A DNA stretch of 64,000 nucleotides, taken from Ardenticatenia bacterium (GTDB lineage Bacteria > Chloroflexota > Anaerolineae > 4572-78 > NAK82). The translations under genes were made by a program, and so were the position numbers. How positions within the stretch are numbered: position 1 is the stretch's first letter; each line of letters starts with the position of its first letter. The notes beneath the pieces are model-generated. The model was not told the origin of the DNA and ran no database searches. It was given only the letters and a program-made list of their open reading frames with translations. The stretch spans positions 14,799 to 78,798 of the forward strand of contig QEXY01000005.1 of the NCBI GenBank assembly GCA_003130875.1, written 5' to 3'. Below, in pieces: positions 1 to 10,452 of the stretch.

Positions 1-1
1 C

Positions 2-1045
2 ATTTCCACCTTGTTGGCAATCGGGTGGTTGACAATCGTGCCATGCCGTCTGCGCACCGCTGCGTCCGTCGTGGTTGGTGGAGGATTGTGCATGTTGGCC
101 GTGCTCAGCCCGTTTACCTACATCGCCCCAGCTTATGCACGTCCTCCCTTGCTGCGCGCAGCCCATCTGCCGAACGACGTCAGCCGCGTGAACTGGACAA
201 TCGGTGACGTGATGCGCCTGGTGGGCTACCGAATTGAGTCCACGGCCGCCACGAGGGCATGGCCTACGCTGCGCCCTTTCGAGTCCTTGCCACTGACAGT
301 ATACTGGGAAGCCTTAAAGCCGATGGATACCCATTACAGTGTGTTCGTGCATCTGTTAGGACGCGGAAGGCATGTCATCGGGCAGGTTAATACCTATCCA
401 GGTCTGGGATTGTGGCCGACAACCCATCTGCAACCGGGCGATGTGGTCGCTGACACTTATTGGGTGCCAGTGGCTGCCGAGGCGGCTGCGCCGACGCTGG
501 TGCGCGTGCACGTTGGGTTGTATCGTTACGAAGAGGCAGGGCGTCCGGGACTTGAGACGCGTGATGCAAGCGGTGAAAGAATTGAACCATGGCTGACAAC
601 GGTGAAGCTGATCCCGTGGGAGTGGCCGCAGGTCACACCAATCCATCCTCTCAACGTGCAGCTGGGTGAATCGATCCGCCTGCTGGGTTATGACCTGGCT
701 CAAGATCAAGTTGACATAAATTTACGCTATGTTTTGACCTTGTATTGGGAAGCACTCGGACGGCCGGCAGCCGATTACACTGTCTTCATCCAGGTATGGG
801 ATGAAACGCATCAGGTGGCCGGGTTCGACAGCCGTCCTCTGGGCGGCGATTATCCCACCGATTGGTGGGAAGAAGGTGAGCGCATCGTGGATCCGCATAT
901 GCTGGACCTAAGTAGTGTGCCCGCCGGGCATTATGAGCTGCGGGTGGGGATGTATCGCCTGGACACGGGCGAACGCCTGCCCGCGTATGACGCAGCCGGG
1001 CCACTGCCCGACTATGCGGTGAGATTGGAACTGCTCATCAGATAG
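2..1045 (+). CDS. 3' part of an ORF that runs off the left edge. It has a terminal TM helix and two tandem extracytoplasmic repeat domains. Hypothetical; the layout resembles C-termini of large GT39/ArnT-like membrane proteins.
   Basis: The frame is open from position 2. An internal duplication is visible in the translation: LTVYWEALKPMDTHYSVFVHLLG vs LTLYWEALGRPAADYTVFIQVWD, and VGLYRYE vs VGMYRLD. Confidence 0.5.
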   Translation: MSTLLAIGWLTIVPCRLRTAASVVVGGGLCMLAVLSPFTYIAPAYARPPLLRAAHLPNDVSRVNWTIGDVMRLVGYRIESTAATRAWPTLRPFESLPLTVYWEALKPMDTHYSVFVHLLGRGRHVIGQVNTYPGLGLWPTTHLQPGDVVADTYWVPVAAEAAAPTLVRVHVGLYRYEEAGRPGLETRDASGERIEPWLTTVKLIPWEWPQVTPIHPLNVQLGESIRLLGYDLAQDQVDINLRYVLTLYWEALGRPAADYTVFIQVWDETHQVAGFDSRPLGGDYPTDWWEEGERIVDPHMLDLSSVPAGHYELRVGMYRLDTGERLPAYDAAGPLPDYAVRLELLIR

Positions 1046-1126
1046 GGTATTCCTGCACAATACTTCCTGGAGACGAACGGAAGCAGTGGCTTGGGGTTGC
1101 GATGACCCGGTCAACGTCTCGAGCGC

Positions 1127-1789
1127 TCAAGGAAGGCCGGTGATCTTGATGCCGGCGCCGTCCGCGCGGTAGCGCTTATTGATGCCGATCAGGATGGCAG
1201 TCAGTCCCTCGACCACTACCGCATTTTGCAACGGACCGGCGTCCAGCCCACGTATGCCGGCCGCCTCGGCCAGCGCGATCGCTTCCGCTTTGGCCCCTTG
1301 GTCGTCGCCGCACACCAACACATCACATTCAAGCGCTTCATCCAGATCGTTCAAGTGAGTAGCGCTGACATTTTGAAAGGCGCACACGACGCGCACCTCT
1401 TCGCCTAGCAGTGCTTGGGCTTCGGCAGTGGCACTGCCACCAGGTGGGATATACACATGGCTCACCCGTGGCGGCTGTAAGGGCACGGTGACGTCCACCA
1501 ATACTTTGCCTTTCAATTGAGTCCGGATGCTTTCCAGCACCTCGGTATGGGCACTGTAGGGCACCGTGAGCACCACAATCTCGGCTGCCTCGGCTGCCGC
1601 GGTGTTGTGCATTCCTTCTATCCGCTGCTCACCCAATCGCAGATTAAGCGACGTGGCAACACTTTGTGCCTTTGCCGTGTCGCGTGAGCCAATGATGACC
1701 CGATAGCGACTCGACTTAGCCCAACGTAGCGCCAGGCCAGGGCCTTGGTGTCCTGTCCCACCGATAATCGCAACTGTTTTCTCAGTCAA
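1127..1789 (-). CDS. npdG: NADPH-dependent F420 reductase (Fno/NpdG)
   Basis: 220 aa. The N-terminal Rossmann segment VAIIGGTGHQGPGLALRWAKSSRYRVIIGSRD is typical of the F420:NADP oxidoreductase family. It is the last gene of a tight 4-gene minus-strand cluster. Confidence 0.85.
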   Translation of the reverse strand: MTEKTVAIIGGTGHQGPGLALRWAKSSRYRVIIGSRDTAKAQSVATSLNLRLGEQRIEGMHNTAAAEAAEIVVLTVPYSAHTEVLESIRTQLKGKVLVDVTVPLQPPRVSHVYIPPGGSATAEAQALLGEEVRVVCAFQNVSATHLNDLDEALECDVLVCGDDQGAKAEAIALAEAAGIRGLDAGPLQNAVVVEGLTAILIGINKRYRADGAGIKITGLP

Positions 1790-1828
1790 TAGGGTGATCC
1801 TTTCTTGAGCGTCTGGTTTATCAGGAGC

Positions 1829-3169
1829 TTATCCCATTTCCATAACACGTCGCCACACATCTCTTGCCAGCTCACGCGCGCGTGTCACAACAGCTGTTTC
1901 ATCTAGCGTGAGGAGCTGGCGGTCGCGCATGAGCAGCTGCCCGTGGCAAATGGTGTGTGTCACCTGACTGCCATCCATGCCAAAGATGATGTGCCATGGG
2001 AAGTTGCCGTCCGTCAACGGTGTAAAGGGTTGATAATCCAGCAATATGATATCTGCCAGGGCTCCTGACTCGAGCGCGCCCAGCGGTCTATCCCAGAAGA
2101 TGCGTGCCAGCCGGGCATTATTGGTGAAAGCCATGCGCATCACGTGATCCGCTGGCATAGCGCGCGGGTCACGTGCATGCAACTTATGTAGCAAATAAGC
2201 GACATGCATTTCGACAAACATATTGTTGGAAAAACCGTCATTTCCCAGGGCCACGTTGATGCCGCGATGGAGCATATCCGGCACATCGGCGACGCCCACT
2301 GCGTTGTTCATATTGCTACGCGGCTGGTGCGTGACATGGGTACGCGTGGCACGCAACGTCTCGCGCTCATAGCCGTCTACATGAACGCAATGCACCGCGA
2401 TGGTCTGTGGTCCTAGCACACCAAATTTTTCCAGACGCTCGACAACTCGCATGTCGTGTTGCTTGAGACAGTCTCGCTGATCCGCCAAGTCCTCGGCGAC
2501 GTGCAGGTGAAATCCAACTCCTAGGGCGCGGGCTTCGGCGACACAGGCCGCAAGAGTCTCATCCGACAGGGTCAAGCTGGCATGCAGACCAAACGAAGCA
2601 CCCAGTCGTGGATGAGAATCTCGGCGCAGCCGATGAATAAAGCGCACATTTTCGGCGATGCCGGCACGCGCACCCGTCTTACCATTACGATCGGTTACCT
2701 CATAGCACAGGCTGGTGCGCACGCCGGCCTGTTCGACTGCCTCAGCAATCACGTCCAGGGATCCCTCGATCGCGTTGGGGCTGGAATGGTGGTCGATCAG
2801 CGTTGTGGTGCCATGGCGTATCGCATCAATGAGGCATACCAAGGCGCTGTATCGGCAGTCTTCGAGCGTCAGTGCCTGGTCGATTTTCCACCACAGACGT
2901 TCGAGTATCTCTGGAAAGTTCGAGGGCGCCTCACCTGGGATGGCCATCCCGCGCGCGAAGGCGCCATAGAAATGGGTGTGTCCGCAGATGAGGCCGGGCA
3001 TCACTACTTTGCCCGCTGCATCCAGCTGTTCCGCCTGGGGGTAACGACGGGTCAGTTCAGCGGTCGATCCGACATCCAAAATGGTGTCGCCTTGGTAATA
3101 CACAGCGCCACCTGGGATGACGCGCGGTGTAGTACCGAGGGTGATCACGGTGCCGTTGGTGATAAGCAT
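1829..3169 (-). CDS. ssnA: SsnA-family putative aminohydrolase
   Basis: 446 aa with full-length resemblance to E. coli SsnA as I recall it (VMPGLICGHTHFYGAFARG, LWWKID, HLHVAEDL, RSNMNNAVG). It carries the amidohydrolase HxH metal motif. Confidence 0.85.
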   Translation of the reverse strand: MLITNGTVITLGTTPRVIPGGAVYYQGDTILDVGSTAELTRRYPQAEQLDAAGKVVMPGLICGHTHFYGAFARGMAIPGEAPSNFPEILERLWWKIDQALTLEDCRYSALVCLIDAIRHGTTTLIDHHSSPNAIEGSLDVIAEAVEQAGVRTSLCYEVTDRNGKTGARAGIAENVRFIHRLRRDSHPRLGASFGLHASLTLSDETLAACVAEARALGVGFHLHVAEDLADQRDCLKQHDMRVVERLEKFGVLGPQTIAVHCVHVDGYERETLRATRTHVTHQPRSNMNNAVGVADVPDMLHRGINVALGNDGFSNNMFVEMHVAYLLHKLHARDPRAMPADHVMRMAFTNNARLARIFWDRPLGALESGALADIILLDYQPFTPLTDGNFPWHIIFGMDGSQVTHTICHGQLLMRDRQLLTLDETAVVTRARELARDVWRRVMEMG

Positions 3170-3282
3170 AACTGGCTAACTCCAAATGCAAAATGCCTTG
3201 CTCAAGCAAAAGCCGTTTGTCATAGCGGCCTTGGGCCATAGCAAGGCCTAGGTGTCGTTGCCCATCTCATATGCACATATCT

Positions 3283-4281
3283 TCACGCTTGTGAGAACAC
3301 CTCGATCATCAGGTAGGGGTCGCCGAGCGGATAAAGCACTGGACAGGTGCATCCATGGGCGACGTACTCGTTTACCTTGGCTTGCACCTCTTCCGGCGTG
3401 CCACTGGCAGTGATGCGCTGTACCAGCTCATCCGGAACAAATCTCATCGCCTCTTTAATCTGTTCTTTCGTCGCGGGCCATCCCAGAATGCTCTGAATCT
3501 GTTTCACCACCTCGTCGCTGACTCCACTGGCTTGGGCGATGTGCGGCTGTTGCGCCAGGTACTGGGTCAGCAGTGCTCGCGCACCGTCCAATGCCACTGC
3601 CTTTTCGGGATGCACCGAACAGACGATTAACTGCGGCCGATCGATCTCATCAAACTTGCGACCAGCACGCTCGGCACCAATGCGCAGATGTTCCAATGCC
3701 GAATCGTTATACTCCGGCGGAACGCAGTAATTGAGCAACACGCCATCGGCGATTTCACCGGCCAGCTCCATCATTTTCATTCCCGTGGCACCGATCATAA
3801 GAGGCACATGACGCGGCTCGCGCCGCCCGTGCACGACGTCCAGTTCGATACCCGTCACATGGACGAATTCGCCGTGGAAAGTCACATTTTCCATACGCAA
3901 CAACCGGCGCACCACCTCGATTGTCTCACGCATGGCCACTAAAGGTTTCTTTCGCTCGATGCCCACATTCTTTGCCAGCGGATCCCACCACGCGCCGATG
4001 CCACAGATGATGCGATTCGGGGCCAAATCATCCAGTGTCAGCAGCGTGGCGGCCAAGAGGCCCACATTGCGCGTCCAATTGTTGATCACTCCTGAGGCCA
4101 CCTTGATGCGCTCTGTCACCGCAGCGTAAGCAGCCATCGGCACGATCGCATCACGCACCAGTCGGCTTTCTGCCTGCCAGACCGCTTCAAAACCGTGCTT
4201 TTCGGCGAACTGGGCAAGTTTCATTCCCTCGCGGATGGGATGAGCGTCCTGCAAATAGAGTGCTACGCGCTGTACGGCCAT
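3283..4281 (-). CDS. LLM-class (luciferase-like) oxidoreductase, probably F420-dependent (Mer-like)
   Basis: 332 aa with a luciferase-like TIM-barrel pattern ([23 protein letters not shown]). F420 dependence is inferred only from the adjacent Fno gene. Confidence 0.75.
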   Translation of the reverse strand: MAVQRVALYLQDAHPIREGMKLAQFAEKHGFEAVWQAESRLVRDAIVPMAAYAAVTERIKVASGVINNWTRNVGLLAATLLTLDDLAPNRIICGIGAWWDPLAKNVGIERKKPLVAMRETIEVVRRLLRMENVTFHGEFVHVTGIELDVVHGRREPRHVPLMIGATGMKMMELAGEIADGVLLNYCVPPEYNDSALEHLRIGAERAGRKFDEIDRPQLIVCSVHPEKAVALDGARALLTQYLAQQPHIAQASGVSDEVVKQIQSILGWPATKEQIKEAMRFVPDELVQRITASGTPEEVQAKVNEYVAHGCTCPVLYPLGDPYLMIEVFSQA

Positions 4282-4326
4282 GTCTTTCCTCCCTAGGCCT
4301 ATAGGATTTCACTATTGCTCGTTTTT

Positions 4327-5685
4327 TCAGAGCTGCTGTGCCATCCGGATTGCCAGCTCGTTGTGCCGTGCGATGACCCGTTCCATATCGAGATGAGGGA
4401 TCACACCGTTCTCGACGACGACACGTCCGTTGACCACAGCCAGATCCACATTGGGGGGTGTACAGAGTATCAAGCTGCCGACCGGATCGTGGCATGCAGC
4501 TCCAGCAAACGAGAGGCGATTCAGGTTGATACCGATGAAGTCGGCTGCCCGGCCTGGTGCCAAAACGCCGATATCGTCGCGCCCCAGGACGCGCGCGCCG
4601 CCCCGCGTGGCCATCTCCAGCGCCTCATCTACTGTAAGCGCGCGAGCGCCCTTGGTGACCCGTTGCAGCAGGAGAGCCATACGCGCCTCTGCCAGCATAT
4701 GCGACGAATCATTGGAGGCGCTGCCGTCCACTGCTAGGCTCACCTTTACACCGGCGTCCAACATTTCACGGATGGGTGCGATGCCAGAGCCCAGGCGCAT
4801 GTTCGAGCTAGGACAGTGTGCCACACCGGTGCCGGTCTCAGCCAGCAGACGAATTTCATTCGGATCGAGATGGACGGCATGGGCGTACCATACATCTGGC
4901 CCCACCCAATCCAGCCGCCGCATGTATTCCACCGGACGGCAGCCGAATTTTTCTATGCAATAACGTTCCTCGTCCTGTGTCTCCGCTACGTGCGTATGGA
5001 GCATAAGACAGTGTGCACGCGCCCATGCGGCTGTGTGGCGCATCGTCTCGGCGGTGACCGAAAAAGGCGAACAGGGCGCTACTACGACACGGAGCATCGA
5101 ATAGGGATTAGGATCATGAAACATCGTGACTAGACGTTCACAATCGGCCAGAATTTGCTCCTCTGTTTCCACAATTTCGTCTGGTGGCAGGCCTCCGTGC
5201 GAACGCCCCAGCGACATACCGCCTCGGCAAGGATGGAATCGCACACCGAGTTCCTGGGCAGCGCGGATTTCGTGCTCGTGAGCAACATCATTCGGCACTA
5301 GATACAGGTGGTCGCTCACCGTGGTACAACCGGAGAGGAGTAGCTCGGCCAAGCCCACCAAGGCGCTGTAATAGACCGCATCGGCGGTCAGGCGTGCCCA
5401 GATGGGATACAGATAGGTCAGCCAGTCGAACAGCTTAGCATTCTGCACCGCCGGCATAGCACGTGTGAGCGTTTGATAGAGGTGGTGATGCGTGTTGATC
5501 AGACCAGGCAACACCACCATATCGGAGGCGTCCAGAATACGATCTGCTTGAGCAGGGAGCTCGTTGGTAGGACCAAGCGCTTCGATGATATTATCCCGCA
5601 CGAATATACCGCCGTCAGGAATTTTGCGGCGTGCGTCATCCATCGTCACCAGAAGTCGAGCGTGTCTTAGCAATAAAGTGCTCAT
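4327..5685 (-). CDS. Amidohydrolase of the 8-oxoguanine deaminase / AtzB-like branch
   Basis: 452 aa. Motifs LPGLINTHHHLYQTLTRA, LLLSGCTTVSDHLY and HTHVAET are present. It is the first gene of the 5685->1127 cluster. Confidence 0.8.
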   Translation of the reverse strand: MSTLLLRHARLLVTMDDARRKIPDGGIFVRDNIIEALGPTNELPAQADRILDASDMVVLPGLINTHHHLYQTLTRAMPAVQNAKLFDWLTYLYPIWARLTADAVYYSALVGLAELLLSGCTTVSDHLYLVPNDVAHEHEIRAAQELGVRFHPCRGGMSLGRSHGGLPPDEIVETEEQILADCERLVTMFHDPNPYSMLRVVVAPCSPFSVTAETMRHTAAWARAHCLMLHTHVAETQDEERYCIEKFGCRPVEYMRRLDWVGPDVWYAHAVHLDPNEIRLLAETGTGVAHCPSSNMRLGSGIAPIREMLDAGVKVSLAVDGSASNDSSHMLAEARMALLLQRVTKGARALTVDEALEMATRGGARVLGRDDIGVLAPGRAADFIGINLNRLSFAGAACHDPVGSLILCTPPNVDLAVVNGRVVVENGVIPHLDMERVIARHNELAIRMAQQL

Positions 5686-5889
5686 CGTGACCGTCTCTGC
5701 GTAATGAACTCAGCAAATGCAAAATGTGCTTGACTACCCTGTGTCGCCATTATAACACATGGAGAGTGCATGGACAACGGTTTTTTTATTGTGCCTGCTT
5801 GTGACGTTTTCGAAGGTTAGGCACGACTGCTTAATTTACCACGTACGATCACTGTCGCACGCATTCCCTTCAATCTGATTTTTAGCCAC

Positions 5890-5918
5890 TTGTGCTCTGT
5901 GCTAATTTATGGTAAAAT
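5890..5918 (+). promoter_or_regulatory. Sigma70-like promoter: TTGTGC, 17-nt spacer, extended -10 TGGTAAAAT
   Basis: TTGTGC lies at 5890-5895 and TGGTAAAAT at 5910-5918. An AGGAGA Shine-Dalgarno sequence at 5955-5960 precedes the ATG at 5968. Confidence 0.45.
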
Positions 5919-5967
5919 ACTTTACGTAAAGATTACCGGTGAGCTTTGTCTGACAGGAGAGCAGACC

Positions 5968-7254
5968 ATGAGCGCACAGCCAAGTGATAAGATGTCTGAT
6001 AGCACCACCCAGAGTGGTAAAGCCTCAAGCAGTTTCCCTCGCACGACACTGATAGTCGGTGTCGGTATCGGTGGATTGATCATCGGGATTGTCATCGGTT
6101 GGCTGGCAATCGGCTGGTTGCTTTGGCCGGTGGAATACGTCGGAGAGGCGTATACCTATGAGCTGAGCTTGCCGGACAAGGTCAACTACGTAGCGGCGCT
6201 GACCGATTCCTACAGTTTGCGCCGTCAAATTGACCTGATACACCGCCAGCTTCTTAACTGGCCACTTGAGGACAAGGTGATGGCATTCGCCGAGCTGTAC
6301 GCGCAGTACGAACGTGATGGCATGGCGGTGGAAGCCCGTCAGGTCGTGGAGTTGGCGGGGCAGCTCAAGCAAGTGGAAGGTTGGGATGCCAGCCTTGTCA
6401 ATACAGCGCTCAGCAACTTGGTGGCACGTTATTTTGAGAAGGGTGACCGAGAGCACGCTAAGTTTATCAGTCTGTTCGGCGATGAGCTCGGATTGATACC
6501 TGTCTCGTCAGGTGAAGAGGTGGTAATTCCGACATCTCAGTCACCGGCGGCGGTGAGTGCGGTGATTGCAACACAGTGGCCTATCATCCTGGTCGTGATG
6601 ATCGTCTTTGTTGTTCTTGCAGCGTTTGGGGTGTATTGGTTGAAGATCCGCCGTGTTCGTGGCGTGCCCGGCCTCATGCGCGGTGGCACCGAGTCGTCTT
6701 GGGTCGCACCATCGGAACCAGGAACTTTGCTTTCTGCACGCAGTGTTTATGAGCTGGGCATGGACAATTTTGACGAATCCTTTTCGATCGAAGAAGGGGG
6801 AGTCTTCAAGGGCGAGTGTGGTATGGGTATTTCCGAGACCATCGGACAGGATAGACCACGCAAGGTGACAGCTCTTGAGATATGGCTGTTCGACAAAGGT
6901 GACATCCGCACGATCACCAAAGTTCTGGCAAGCGAATATGCTTACCAAGAGGATGTCCTACGCAATCGGCTGTCGGCACGTGGCGAGACTTTTCTTGTTC
7001 AACCTGGCATGACATTTGCGCTGGAGACCGCCAAACTCGCCCTCAAAGCTACCGTCCTGGATGTGGAGTACGGTGAAAGCACAGACGTACCACCCCGAAG
7101 CTTCTTCAAGAAGGTGAGTGTCGCGCTCTCGGTGCGCCCAAGAGCAACGATTATGGAAGAAGAAGTGTCACCAGAGGAGGGTGTATCTCCTCTGGACGAG
7201 TCAGCTGAGCAAGAAACAAACGCGCGTGAACAAGAACTAGAAGATCGAACTTAG
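5968..7254 (+). CDS. Hypothetical two-TM membrane protein
   Basis: I shortened the 5890 ORF to the in-frame ATG at 5968, which has a good SD. TM helices are LIVGVGIGGLIIGIVIGWLAIGWLLW and WPIILVVMIVFVVLAAFGVYWL. I recognise no family. Confidence 0.6.
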   Translation: MSAQPSDKMSDSTTQSGKASSSFPRTTLIVGVGIGGLIIGIVIGWLAIGWLLWPVEYVGEAYTYELSLPDKVNYVAALTDSYSLRRQIDLIHRQLLNWPLEDKVMAFAELYAQYERDGMAVEARQVVELAGQLKQVEGWDASLVNTALSNLVARYFEKGDREHAKFISLFGDELGLIPVSSGEEVVIPTSQSPAAVSAVIATQWPIILVVMIVFVVLAAFGVYWLKIRRVRGVPGLMRGGTESSWVAPSEPGTLLSARSVYELGMDNFDESFSIEEGGVFKGECGMGISETIGQDRPRKVTALEIWLFDKGDIRTITKVLASEYAYQEDVLRNRLSARGETFLVQPGMTFALETAKLALKATVLDVEYGESTDVPPRSFFKKVSVALSVRPRATIMEEEVSPEEGVSPLDESAEQETNAREQELEDRT

Positions 7255-7278
7255 GTTGGAATCGAAACAACGGTCGCC

Positions 7279-8457
7279 CTATACGCGTTCCAAAGGGTCG
7301 AACAGCTTTTGGTATTCCTGTTGGGCGAAACGATCCGTCATACCAGCCAAATAGTCGCAGATGATACGCTCTGGACTTTCACAGGTATCGTGACCGTGAC
7401 GCGCTCGGATCACCCGTTCTTGCACCTGTTCGGGTAGCAACCACGGCTCTGCCAAGTAGAGACGGAAGAGACGCGAAAGCAGACGCTGTGCTTTGCTTGC
7501 CATGCGCATGACGCGCCAGTGACGGTAAAGGTTGTGATACAAAAAGTCCTTTATCTCGCGATTGTGACGTTGCATAGCCTGACTGTGAGCCACAACGTTT
7601 TCAGGCAGGGCGCGAATATCATCAGGAGAGCATGTGTGACAATCCTGCAATCGTTCGTCGGTTGCGGCGATTAAATCGGTCACTTCTTGGCCGATCATAC
7701 GGCGAATGATGCGGTGGCGGTCCAGTTCAGAAAGACCTGTGGCCACATCGATGTCCAGCGCATGGACGATCTCGCCCCATAGGGTCACTTCCCTCAGTTG
7801 ACGGGGCAGAAGCAAACCGGAGCGCAACCCATCATCCAAGTCTGATGTGATGTAAGCGATCTCGTCAGCAGCATTAACAATTTGACATTCCAATGTGCCG
7901 CGATGGCACGGTTCCTCGGAGGTGGCAGGGGGGCAATCGTATTCCGTCTCGTGTTTCATGATACCCTCACGCACTTCCCAGGAGAGGTTGAGCCCATCGA
8001 ACTCAGGGAAGCGTTTTTCTAGCCTTTCAACGATGCGTAAGCTTTGTATATTGTGGTCGAATCCACCGTGGTCTTTCATAAGCGTGTTGAGGGTGGCTTC
8101 CCCGCTGTGGCCAAAAGGACCGTGCCCCAGATCGTGTGCCAGACAGATGGCTTCTGTCAGGTCCTCGTTGGCGCGCAGCGCCCGCGCAATGGTGCGCCCA
8201 ATTTGGGCAACCTCCAAAGTGTGGGTGAGGCGTGTGCGGTAGTAATCACCCTCGCTGGTGATGAACACTTGTGTTTTGTATTCTAATCTTCGGAAGGCGG
8301 TGGTATGCAGGATGCGATCACGGTCGCGTTGATAAACAGTACGGTAAGCATGCTCGTCTTCGGGGTATTCGCGTCCTCGCGTGTAGCGACTTTTCATCGC
8401 ATAAGGTGCCAGGTGTTCGATCTCGTATTGTTCCAGCTCTTCACGTGACACAATCAT
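7279..8457 (-). CDS. dgt: dGTP triphosphohydrolase-like HD-domain protein
   Basis: 392 aa. It has the HD motif LAHDLGHGPFGH, RTRLTHTLEV and the C-terminal DYLAGMTD pattern of dGTPase-like proteins. Confidence 0.85.
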   Translation of the reverse strand: MIVSREELEQYEIEHLAPYAMKSRYTRGREYPEDEHAYRTVYQRDRDRILHTTAFRRLEYKTQVFITSEGDYYRTRLTHTLEVAQIGRTIARALRANEDLTEAICLAHDLGHGPFGHSGEATLNTLMKDHGGFDHNIQSLRIVERLEKRFPEFDGLNLSWEVREGIMKHETEYDCPPATSEEPCHRGTLECQIVNAADEIAYITSDLDDGLRSGLLLPRQLREVTLWGEIVHALDIDVATGLSELDRHRIIRRMIGQEVTDLIAATDERLQDCHTCSPDDIRALPENVVAHSQAMQRHNREIKDFLYHNLYRHWRVMRMASKAQRLLSRLFRLYLAEPWLLPEQVQERVIRARHGHDTCESPERIICDYLAGMTDRFAQQEYQKLFDPLERV

Positions 8458-8566
8458 AAGTAATTCCTCCGGACAAAAATCTCAGGCCGCGTGCCGTGCA
8501 ATGGTTATGCTTTATGATATCCAATAATATCGTATTATGTAAGTTCATCGCAGCTAATGGGAGGAG

Positions 8567-9430
8567 GTGACGTCAATGAAGTCTTGTGCAAACAGAGGAA
8601 CGGGGCTTCTCGGAAGGACATGGAAAGGGCTGGCGGTGCTCCTGTGTGCAGTTATCTTAGTATGGGCGTCTCTGCCGATGGCAACCGCTCATGCCCAGGA
8701 TGGTGTTGTCTATGTCGTGCAGCCCGGCGACACATTAACTGGCATTGCAGCACGCTATGGCATTTCGCTGGCCCGGCTGGCCGCTGCGAACGGGCTGCGT
8801 TGGAATGCGTGGGTGTATGTCGGACAACGACTCATCATCCCAGGTGCAGCGCCAATACCCGGTGCACCCTCTGTTCCGAGCGGGAGCACCTATGTAGTAC
8901 AGCGTGGAGATACGCTCTCCTCGATTGCATTGCGTTATGGCACGACAGTGGCCGCTTTAATGGCGGCGAACCGGCTGGCAAACCCTAACTTCATTTACGT
9001 CGGTCAGCGGCTGGTGATACCCAGCAGTGTCGCAGCACCGACTCCAGTACCTCCCACTCCACCTGTGGCGGACTATGGTGGTAAGTGGATTGATGTAGAT
9101 CTGACCCATCAGGTCTTACGTGCTTATGCCGGGCAAACGTTGGTGTTTCAGACACTCGTCTCCACAGGTCTGCCAGCGACACCCACTGTTATGGGCACCT
9201 ATCGCATTTATGCGAAATATGTCTCGGCGCCTATGTCGGGGCCAGGGTACTATCTGCCGAATGTGCCCTATATTATGTATTTCTACCGCGGATATGCCCT
9301 CCACGGCACCTATTGGCATAGCAACTTTGGCCGGCCGATGAGTCACGGCTGTGTTAATCTTTCGGTTGCAGATGCGGAGTGGCTGTTTAACTGGGCAGAG
9401 GTGGGAACACCTGTGGTGGTACATTACTGA
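8567..9430 (+). CDS. Secreted L,D-transpeptidase (YkuD) with two LysM domains
   Basis: It has a signal peptide and two LysM repeats (YVVQPGDTLTGIAARYG, YVVQRGDTLSSIALRYG). The YkuD catalytic segment is YALHGTYWHSNFGRPMSHGCVNL. Confidence 0.85.
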   Translation: MTSMKSCANRGTGLLGRTWKGLAVLLCAVILVWASLPMATAHAQDGVVYVVQPGDTLTGIAARYGISLARLAAANGLRWNAWVYVGQRLIIPGAAPIPGAPSVPSGSTYVVQRGDTLSSIALRYGTTVAALMAANRLANPNFIYVGQRLVIPSSVAAPTPVPPTPPVADYGGKWIDVDLTHQVLRAYAGQTLVFQTLVSTGLPATPTVMGTYRIYAKYVSAPMSGPGYYLPNVPYIMYFYRGYALHGTYWHSNFGRPMSHGCVNLSVADAEWLFNWAEVGTPVVVHY

Positions 9431-10429
9431 TCAGGGAAGCCATTGAGTCAATAGCTGTTGCTCGATCACGTCTACTGGAACGCGTGACAAACGCCGTATC
9501 GCGTGTCGTTTCTTCAGCCAATGGGGTAATCCCAGCAATCCTGCCAGCTGGCCGAGTAACCGGGCACGTGCCGCTTCACCTTTCCAGGCTCTGAGCGCTT
9601 CGTGGGCAATACGCCATTGCGCATAGACCACCTTCCGCCAGTGCCGTCGCCACAATGCCTCGGGATAATTCTTCGCCAGCACCCAGATGGTGTTACGTCC
9701 GGTGAAATAGCTGGCGATCTTGCCTCCGCCTGTGGCACTCAACTTGTGGTAAACCACTGCCTGAGGCACGAAGATGCATCGGTAGCCGGCCAACTGGGCA
9801 CGCCAATTTAGATCGACATCTTCGCAATACATGAACAGCTCTTCATCGAAAAAACCGATGTCCTCGAGCATTTCGCGGCGGTAGAGCGCTGCTCCACCGC
9901 ACGCGCCCCACACATACTCCTCTCGATCGAATTGTCCCTCATCTCGTTGCCACACACCACGGTTGACCGGAATACCGTCGATGCTGTACATATCCCCAGC
10001 TGAGTGGAGCACATCCCGTCGATCGAACAACAGGATTTTGCTGGCGGCCATCCCTGCTTCAGGGTGCTTCTGCAAAGCATGGACCAGTTGGTTCGCCCAT
10101 GTGGGTGTCACTTGAGTGTCGTTGTTAAGCGAAGCGATGAGCTCGCCGCGAGCCAGTTGGAAACCTCGATTCATGGCGCCTGTGAGCCCCACATTTCGTT
10201 CCAACACCAATGTGCGCACTTCTGGGTAGCGCGTTCTCAGCAACTCCTGTGACTCATCTGCAGAGGCATTGTCTACGACGATAACCTCCATCCGTAGGTA
10301 AGACTGTTCGCGCAACGCGTCGAGACAGGTCGGCAGGTGACGAGCCCCGTTCCAATTTGGAATAATCACCGAGAGCAAGGGAGTATCAGTACTGGATTGC
10401 ATAACGCGGATGGGCCTCATAGGAGGCAA
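9431..10429 (-). CDS. Family 2 glycosyltransferase
   Basis: The N-terminus LSVIIPNWNGARHLPTCLDAL...VIVVDNASAD is typical of GT2. Confidence 0.8.
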   Translation of the reverse strand: MPPMRPIRVMQSSTDTPLLSVIIPNWNGARHLPTCLDALREQSYLRMEVIVVDNASADESQELLRTRYPEVRTLVLERNVGLTGAMNRGFQLARGELIASLNNDTQVTPTWANQLVHALQKHPEAGMAASKILLFDRRDVLHSAGDMYSIDGIPVNRGVWQRDEGQFDREEYVWGACGGAALYRREMLEDIGFFDEELFMYCEDVDLNWRAQLAGYRCIFVPQAVVYHKLSATGGGKIASYFTGRNTIWVLAKNYPEALWRRHWRKVVYAQWRIAHEALRAWKGEAARARLLGQLAGLLGLPHWLKKRHAIRRLSRVPVDVIEQQLLTQWLP

Positions 10430-10452
10430 AAGGATGCAGCAAGGTCATGGGC

